Assembly (NCBI GenBank): GCA_002687935.1
Contig: NZBN01000002.1
Coordinates: forward strand, 102,592-166,591
From: Methanobacteriota archaeon
Lineage (GTDB): Archaea; Undinarchaeota; Undinarchaeia; Undinarchaeales; Undinarchaeaceae
Length of the DNA: 64,000 nt
Direction of reading: 5' to 3'
Part shown: one piece after another, positions 58,426-64,000 of the stretch
Layout: each line of letters opens with the position of its first letter
How positions within the stretch are numbered: position 1 is the stretch's first letter
The notes under the pieces: model-generated
What the model was told of the DNA's origin: nothing
Databases searched by the model: none
Seen by the model: only the letters and a program-made list of their open reading frames with translations
Made by a program: the position numbers and the translations under genes

Positions 58426-59239
58426 GTAATGATTTAGCTTTTTCAACAAGCTCTTCTGCGCGTGACTTTTTAAGACCGGTCTTTTTACTTAGAGAGTCCG
58501 GTCTGCAGGAAGCAAGCTCTTTGACAAGAAGTATATTATTAGCCATTATGAGCTTGCGCTCTTTTGCACTCATAGAAATAATATTTGCAGGATAAGCCTG
58601 TGTTTTTTCAATTAGTTCGGGAAGAGAGCCACCTTTAGGAAAATTCCAGCCAATTAATTTCATTTTCTTAGCGGCAGAATATTTTTTTGCGTGATTTGAA
58701 AATTTTGTATTGTTAACAAGCCAGATGTTGTTGTAAGGATTTGGACCTTTTCGAATGTCGTCGAGAACTGCCCAAGTAGTCAGAACAGTTCCGAGACCGG
58801 TAAGACGGTGGGGATTTATGTGATGTTTACACTCTATCAGAAGTTTTCGCCCATCCTTTTCAAGAAGAGAATCTATCTGATGCTCAATAACTTCCCCCTG
58901 AACAATTACATTCCATCGAGTTTTATAGCCGAGCTCTCTGAAAAGATGTGTAACAAATCGTTCAAACTGACTGTGTTCAGGATCGAGTTCTGCTATTGCC
59001 TGCTTCAAATTATATTTGTATTTATGTTGTTTAGATTCGTGCTTGTCAATAAGAGTCAGTGTCTTTTTCAGAATTTCTCTGGTTCGCATCCCCTCATAAA
59101 CACCACGAGCAACTTCATCCGCGATTTTGACTGCTACATCTTTTGAAAGACCTGAACGAAGGCAGGTCCCGACGATTTTGCTTTTTTTGAAAACTGCGCG
59201 ACTTCCATCCGCCTTTGTAATCTGAACCATACTAGCCAT
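58415..59239 (-). CDS. ATP-cone + Mrr-like nuclease + C-terminal HhH-like domain protein
   Basis: ITKADGSRAVFKKSKIVGT (ATP cone); FERFVTHLF...HQID...LLIECKHH; TKFSNHAKKYS. Confidence 0.85.
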   Translation of the reverse strand: MASMVQITKADGSRAVFKKSKIVGTCLRSGLSKDVAVKIADEVARGVYEGMRTREILKKTLTLIDKHESKQHKYKYNLKQAIAELDPEHSQFERFVTHLFRELGYKTRWNVIVQGEVIEHQIDSLLEKDGRKLLIECKHHINPHRLTGLGTVLTTWAVLDDIRKGPNPYNNIWLVNNTKFSNHAKKYSAAKKMKLIGWNFPKGGSLPELIEKTQAYPANIISMSAKERKLIMANNILLVKELASCRPDSLSKKTGLKKSRAEELVEKAKSLLRA

Positions 59240-59310
59240 AGGAAATTGAACTTAAAAGCTTTAGTGCAGAAACGTTTTATAGGGATATTGCAATAAGATA
59301 GCCACAACGT

Positions 59311-59384
59311 GGGACTGTAGCTCAGCCTGGGAGAGCACCAGACTGAAGATCTGGGTGTCGCTGGTTCAAATCCGGCCAGTCCCA
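59311..59384 (+). tRNA. tRNA-Phe(GAA)
   Basis: Acceptor GGGACTG/CAGTCCC, anticodon arm CCAGA-CTGAAGA-TCTGG. Confidence 0.95.
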
Positions 59385-59441
59385 CTTTTATTCACAGAAG
59401 CAAAGCTTATATATCAAAATTATCACTGCAAAGTAGTGAAT

Positions 59442-61565
59442 ATGAAAGGCATTAAAATCGTGGGAATGGTGGTCTTGTTTTTTGCACTTATAGCAGCGCC
59501 TGCTCACGCTTTTGTTGATATAGAAATTACTTCCTTATCTATCAATAACTCTGAAATACGCTCAGGTGAGCCTCTTGAGGTTCAGACAACGCTGAAAAAC
59601 CTTGGAAATGAGACAGTTGGAAATATCAGTGTTTATTTCAATATAGTAAATTCAAATTCATCAGTAAACTGGACAAAAACTGATGACAATAACGGTTTTT
59701 CAGCAGGAGAAAGCAGAACATACTCACAGAGCTGGACAGCCGGAATCCCCGGAGATTACACTTTTACAGCATCCTACAATATTAATGATACTGGCAACAG
59801 CATAAATGACACTAATCTAAGCAACAATGAGCTTCAGATGAATTTTTCGGTACTCAAGGACCTTGAATTTGTAAACCTTGACATATATCCACGAAATATT
59901 ACATTCGGAGCAGACAGTAAGGCAGAACAGAGCATTTCAATAACCGGATATTTGAAAGAGAACGGAACAGGGGCGAATTACAGTATTCTTGTATATCTAA
60001 ACGAGGCTTTGAAAGAATACTTGATTCCAGATACCAATGACAGCGGAAGATTTACAGCAACTCTTACACCGGACGAGCTCGGTTTCCTTCAGGAGGGCAA
60101 TTACACCCTAAGCCTGAATGTCACAGAGGGGGGCACAGTTCTTCTTAATCACAGTGAAACCATCAAAGTTGAAAGCTCCTATCTTTATCAGGTTGATACA
60201 GCAGGTGCAGGTTCTGCGAACTATGACGACATAGAACTAAGAAACCCTTCTGTTGATTCTGATAAAACACGCAGTACAATGGGAGAAGAAATGTTATTTT
60301 CAGTAGATGTGTACTTCAGAGATTTTCAGAATGACTATCCTACAAATGCTAAAGTTTATCTTAATATAAATGGTGAAAGAGCTGCAGAGCAAAATGTCAC
60401 ATTGGTAAGCGGTAAAACCAAGAAACTTGATTTCCCGATAAAAACGGATAATGATAAAATACAGGACAAACTTGGAACATACAGTGTTCGTTTTGAGGCA
60501 GAAGTTATCGGCTCATCTGAAAGGGACGTAAGCAGTGAAATAAACTTCATTGTAGTTGAGAAGCAGGGAGAATTTTCCCCTGAAATTGACACACTTACTC
60601 CTGAAGTATTTATCAATGGAATAGGCTCAGTTAACATTAGCCTCAGAGTGTACAACAAGGACACAGTTACGAAAACTTTCAGCATCTATATTGACAAAAT
60701 AAATGCAACGATTAGCCCTGAGAATGTAACACTCGGATTCGGACAGGAAGCGGATATAACAGCAACCATAAGTTTCGGAAACAACACGATTGGAAACCAC
60801 ACAATGAGAGTCTATATCAAGAGCTCTGACGGAGACTACGATTACACAAATGTAAATGTAGATGTTCGCTCTGAAACGGGAGAAGGCGCGTCCCCAGGAG
60901 GGTTTGTTACAGGACTCTTCACATTTATGAAGGGTGGAAAGGGACTGCTTTCTGTGATAGTTGGAATATCAATTCTTGCACTCATAATGACATATTATAT
61001 AAGGTCTCAGAGAGGAGATAGGCAGAATATGAAAAGTGAAAAGGAATCTGAAGACTCAGAAGAAATGGCAATAATTAAGGAAGCTTTGGAACTGGCTGAT
61101 ACAGAGCAGGGCGAAAATGAAAGAAAATCACATTTCGCAGGAATTTCTAAGATTCTAGATCCAGGCGAAATGCAGAAAGGGGAAAATGAGGAAAGTCAAG
61201 GAAGAGGTAGACTTGATCTAAGCAGAATAGAAGTGAAGAATTTCGAGAAGAATATTGAGTCATCTAAAACTGGTGACAAGGAAGACACAAAAAACACATC
61301 CCCTGAAGAAGTTGAGACACTGATTAATAATCTTGAGGAAGTGATTTCCTCCTTTAACAAAACTCACAGTGAGGCTCTTGAGCTCAGGAAGGTTATGGAA
61401 GGCCTGACCGGAAAAGTTCAGGGCTTTGAAAAGACAGAGGAAACCAAAGCAGTGGAGACTGGCAAGAAAGTTGCAAAGGCAGGAAGGGCCAGGAAAAAGG
61501 CTAAGAAGACGAAGAAACCTGAGAGCGATTATATAGAAAGTGTCATTGACACAATAGACGAGTAG
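59442..61565 (+). CDS. Surface glycoprotein with CARDB/Ig-like domains, single TM and charged cytoplasmic tail
   Basis: Signal peptide; GEPLEVQTTLKNLG...PGDYTFTA...ESN-like SNNELQ; many NxS/T; TM near residue 560 of the track ORF-trimmed protein; E/K-rich tail. Start re-called at 59442. Confidence 0.8.
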   Translation: MKGIKIVGMVVLFFALIAAPAHAFVDIEITSLSINNSEIRSGEPLEVQTTLKNLGNETVGNISVYFNIVNSNSSVNWTKTDDNNGFSAGESRTYSQSWTAGIPGDYTFTASYNINDTGNSINDTNLSNNELQMNFSVLKDLEFVNLDIYPRNITFGADSKAEQSISITGYLKENGTGANYSILVYLNEALKEYLIPDTNDSGRFTATLTPDELGFLQEGNYTLSLNVTEGGTVLLNHSETIKVESSYLYQVDTAGAGSANYDDIELRNPSVDSDKTRSTMGEEMLFSVDVYFRDFQNDYPTNAKVYLNINGERAAEQNVTLVSGKTKKLDFPIKTDNDKIQDKLGTYSVRFEAEVIGSSERDVSSEINFIVVEKQGEFSPEIDTLTPEVFINGIGSVNISLRVYNKDTVTKTFSIYIDKINATISPENVTLGFGQEADITATISFGNNTIGNHTMRVYIKSSDGDYDYTNVNVDVRSETGEGASPGGFVTGLFTFMKGGKGLLSVIVGISILALIMTYYIRSQRGDRQNMKSEKESEDSEEMAIIKEALELADTEQGENERKSHFAGISKILDPGEMQKGENEESQGRGRLDLSRIEVKNFEKNIESSKTGDKEDTKNTSPEEVETLINNLEEVISSFNKTHSEALELRKVMEGLTGKVQGFEKTEETKAVETGKKVAKAGRARKKAKKTKKPESDYIESVIDTIDE

Positions 61566-61636
61566 TGCGGACAAAAGCTTAAATATCTCTTCCGTAATCT
61601 AAGAGAGTTTTCAGAAATAAACAAAGGTGAATTGTA

Positions 61637-62404
61637 ATTACAAAATACATAGTAGTTTTATCAGGAAAAGGTGGAGTCGGAAAGACCACAACAGCAGTTA
61701 ATCTCGCGGCCACATTAAATGATATTGGACAAAAAGTAGTCGTGATAGATGCCAATATAATAACCCCGAATGTTGCTCTGCAGTTGGGACTTCCGCCAAG
61801 ACCGAACAACAATCTTAACGGAGCTTTGAAGCACGATTATAGTATATTTGATGCAATATCCCAGCACGCCTCAGGACTTGATGTAATACCTGCAGGCCTT
61901 TCTATATTCGGAACAAAGAATGGATTCTCAGGAAGTATGCGAGATGCTCTGACTCCGCTTGAGGAAAAGTATGAAATAGTCATAATGGACTGTGGAATTG
62001 GATTATGGGGAAGCGACATCAAGACATTGAATGCGGCAGATGAAGTTCTTATTGTTACAAATCCGGAGCTTCCTGCACTTATAGATTCACTAAAGGCACT
62101 AAAAATGGCGGAGAAAATGAGCATCCCAGTTAGAGGAATAATACTTAATAAGGTAACCGGCTCAAGTTATGAACTCAAGGATGAAACAGTCAAGGGAATA
62201 CTTAACAACTATCCGATTATTGCAAAAATACCCTTCGACAAGAATGTAAGCAAAAGCCTTGGAGCCAGAAACCCAATAGTTCTTAATAAACCCAATTCCC
62301 CTGCCGCTCATGCCTTCAAGAGACTTGCTGGCGATTTAATTGGAGAAAAGTACAAAGAAAATATTTTCTGGAAAACTGTAAATAAATTCAGAGGCGTCGC
62401 CTAA
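61637..62404 (+). CDS. minD: MinD/ParA-family ATPase, apparently initiated at ATT
   Basis: In-frame SGKGGVGKTT lies upstream of the track start (61742). In-frame TGA at 61628; no ATG/GTG/TTG between it and the Walker A. Confidence 0.88.
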   Translation: MTKYIVVLSGKGGVGKTTTAVNLAATLNDIGQKVVVIDANIITPNVALQLGLPPRPNNNLNGALKHDYSIFDAISQHASGLDVIPAGLSIFGTKNGFSGSMRDALTPLEEKYEIVIMDCGIGLWGSDIKTLNAADEVLIVTNPELPALIDSLKALKMAEKMSIPVRGIILNKVTGSSYELKDETVKGILNNYPIIAKIPFDKNVSKSLGARNPIVLNKPNSPAAHAFKRLAGDLIGEKYKENIFWKTVNKFRGVA

Positions 62405-62436
62405 ACCTAAGCTTTATAATAAAGACAATACAGTAA

Positions 62437-62976
62437 TTGACTATGCCATCTAACAAAGCTGCAAGCGGTACGCTTGTAGGAGGGAATATAGTTGTCTCCA
62501 ATCAGAAGGAGGCAAGTACCCTGAATCAGAAGGGTTATTTCGGGGAAATTGGAAAAGGGGGGAAGCTCGTAATTCCATTAGTCGAAGCTCTTTATCTTGT
62601 GGAAAATGGGAAACTGAAAGTTAAGAAAGGCAAGAAGGAAATTGATTTTGATTCTCTTCTAGCTCACGCTGAGGAGAGAGACCCTGGAAGTTTTGTACAG
62701 TATGTCGCTTTCAGTGATATCAGAGACCGCGGTTACATTGTAAAATCCGGATTCAAATTTGGAGCACATTTTAGAATATATGAAAGAGGTTGTGTCCCCG
62801 GTGATGACCATGCAAAATACCTTATCCACGCACTCCCCGAGAATTTCAGCATGACGCTGACAGAATTCTCCAGGCTTGTCAGACTTGGACACTCTGTAAA
62901 GAAAGAGCTTTGGATTGCAGTAGTGGACAACGATAATGGAGTAACATATTACACACTTGGGAGAGTAAAACCCTGA
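62437..62976 (+). CDS. endA: tRNA-splicing endonuclease (single catalytic-unit subunit)
   Basis: LVEALYL, GYIVKSGFKFGAHFRIY, DHAKYL, KKELWIAVVD...VTYY. Confidence 0.95.
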   Translation: MTMPSNKAASGTLVGGNIVVSNQKEASTLNQKGYFGEIGKGGKLVIPLVEALYLVENGKLKVKKGKKEIDFDSLLAHAEERDPGSFVQYVAFSDIRDRGYIVKSGFKFGAHFRIYERGCVPGDDHAKYLIHALPENFSMTLTEFSRLVRLGHSVKKELWIAVVDNDNGVTYYTLGRVKP

Positions 62977-63410
62977 TGGCAAAAAGACCAATAAAAGAAA
63001 AGGGATTTGTTATTTTCGGAGTAAGAATGAACTCTCAGGCATGGGTTCTTTTCGGTCTCGTGGCAATGTTCCTCTTCGCAACACTTGGGTATTATGTAAC
63101 TGGCGCAGGCAATGCAGAAGAAACGAACCAGGACTTTGTTCAGGCTTCAGTAGTATTTGGAATTGAAGGAAGTATAACAAGAGTAGTCACACTGGAAGAA
63201 GGAGAAAGTGCTATTGATTTATTCAGAGAAATTGCTTCAGTAAGCGCTGACCTCTCCACAATAACGATTGGTAATGTTAGTAAATCATCAAACAATACTC
63301 ACGCCTGGAAATATTATGTAAACGGTGCCCTAAGACTGGACAACCCAGCATCTCACTTCCCAGCAAGTGGAGACTATTTAGAACTCAGAATGAGCGAGAG
63401 ATTTTACTAA
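62976..63410 (+). CDS. Membrane-anchored DUF4430-like (transcobalamin C-terminal-like beta-grasp) protein
   Basis: TM then VTLEEGESAIDL...WKYYVNG...GDYLELR. Confidence 0.55.
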   Translation: MAKRPIKEKGFVIFGVRMNSQAWVLFGLVAMFLFATLGYYVTGAGNAEETNQDFVQASVVFGIEGSITRVVTLEEGESAIDLFREIASVSADLSTITIGNVSKSSNNTHAWKYYVNGALRLDNPASHFPASGDYLELRMSERFY

Positions 63411-64000
63411 TGGGCGAAAAAACTTCCTATTCAAAGCCGGTCAAAGACATATGTATTGAAGCAAATGAGGGGGCAGACAGCATAGTGAGGCAGATGTTTG
63501 AATCTGGTGGTTTCGTTGCGAAAAAGATGGCAGTAGGAGTCGATATACTTGAAACAATGAGCCGTGAAGAAGGGTGTGTAAAGTTCTTCTCCAGTCCTTC
63601 ATCACCAGTATCTACTGGCTGCAGAGGAATTTACAAGGTCCTTGTAAAAAACAAATTTATTGATGTTTTCATAACAACCAGCGGAATGGTTGACCACGAT
63701 TATGCAAGAGTATGGAGAGATTACTATCACGGAGATTTTGAAATGGATGATGCAAAACTCTACAAAGAGGGAATAAATAGGGAGGGTAATGTTCTGATTC
63801 CGAATGAGTGTTATGGAGAAATACTTGAAGACCGGATACAACCACTTCTTGAAAAACTCTACAAGGAAAAAAAGGAATACAGCACGAAGGAACTCTGCTG
63901 GGCACTCGGAGAGAGCCTGAAAGACGAAGAAAATAAAGAAAGCTCAATACTTTACTGGGCATGGAAGAATAAGATACCAATATATATACCGGGACCTACA
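63410..64000 (+). CDS. dhs: Deoxyhypusine synthase, 3' end runs off the window (not in ORF track)
   Basis: Manual translation: SGGFVAK, VSTGCRG, ITTSGMVDHD, YYHGDFEMDD, GINREGNV, SILYWAWKNKIPIYIPG. Confidence 0.92.
   Translation, partial: MGEKTSYSKPVKDICIEANEGADSIVRQMFESGGFVAKKMAVGVDILETMSREEGCVKFFSSPSSPVSTGCRGIYKVLVKNKFIDVFITTSGMVDHDYARVWRDYYHGDFEMDDAKLYKEGINREGNVLIPNECYGEILEDRIQPLLEKLYKEKKEYSTKELCWALGESLKDEENKESSILYWAWKNKIPIYIPGPT

Overview
64 kb of an AT-rich archaeal chromosome. Gene content, small acidic/Cys-rich surface proteins and GGTG/GGAG Shine-Dalgarno use suggest a DPANN-like lineage; the taxon is an inference. Most of the window is housekeeping: rpoD-rps11-rps4-rps13, trm1, tfb, gar1, rps8e, Sm/rpl37e, ileS, rnp4-rps19e, cysS, rpl40e, pyrG, glmS, minD, endA, dhs and five tRNAs (Lys, intron-containing Met, Thr, Cys, Phe). 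Surface proteins, redox/metal-handling genes and lineage-specific orphans are interspersed. The standout is a ribonucleotide-reductase (RNR) cluster at 6900-14125, almost entirely translationally coupled and facing a TrmB-type regulator. It encodes (1) an ATP-cone class III NrdD homologue that has lost its finger-loop cysteines and the whole Zn/glycyl-radical C-terminus; (2) a canonical class II NrdJ with no ATP cone and no C-terminal Cys tail; (3) a 75-aa stand-alone protein that is just the NrdJ Zn-ribbon/Cys tail; (4) a second, ATP-cone NrdJ with an NPCGE-to-SPCGE active-site change and no tail; and (5) a cobalamin adenosyltransferase. This looks like a modular RNR with separately encoded catalytic, redox-tail and pseudoenzyme/regulatory subunits. 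Other notable items are a tRNA 5'-fragment with a structured trailer just upstream of tRNA-Thr, an apparent AUU-initiated MinD, a stand-alone PHD-like zinc finger coupled to RNase P Rpp21, an ATP-cone nuclease, and a roughly 950-aa surface protein with a cytoplasmic winged helix. No rRNA, CRISPR array or intact mobile element was seen.
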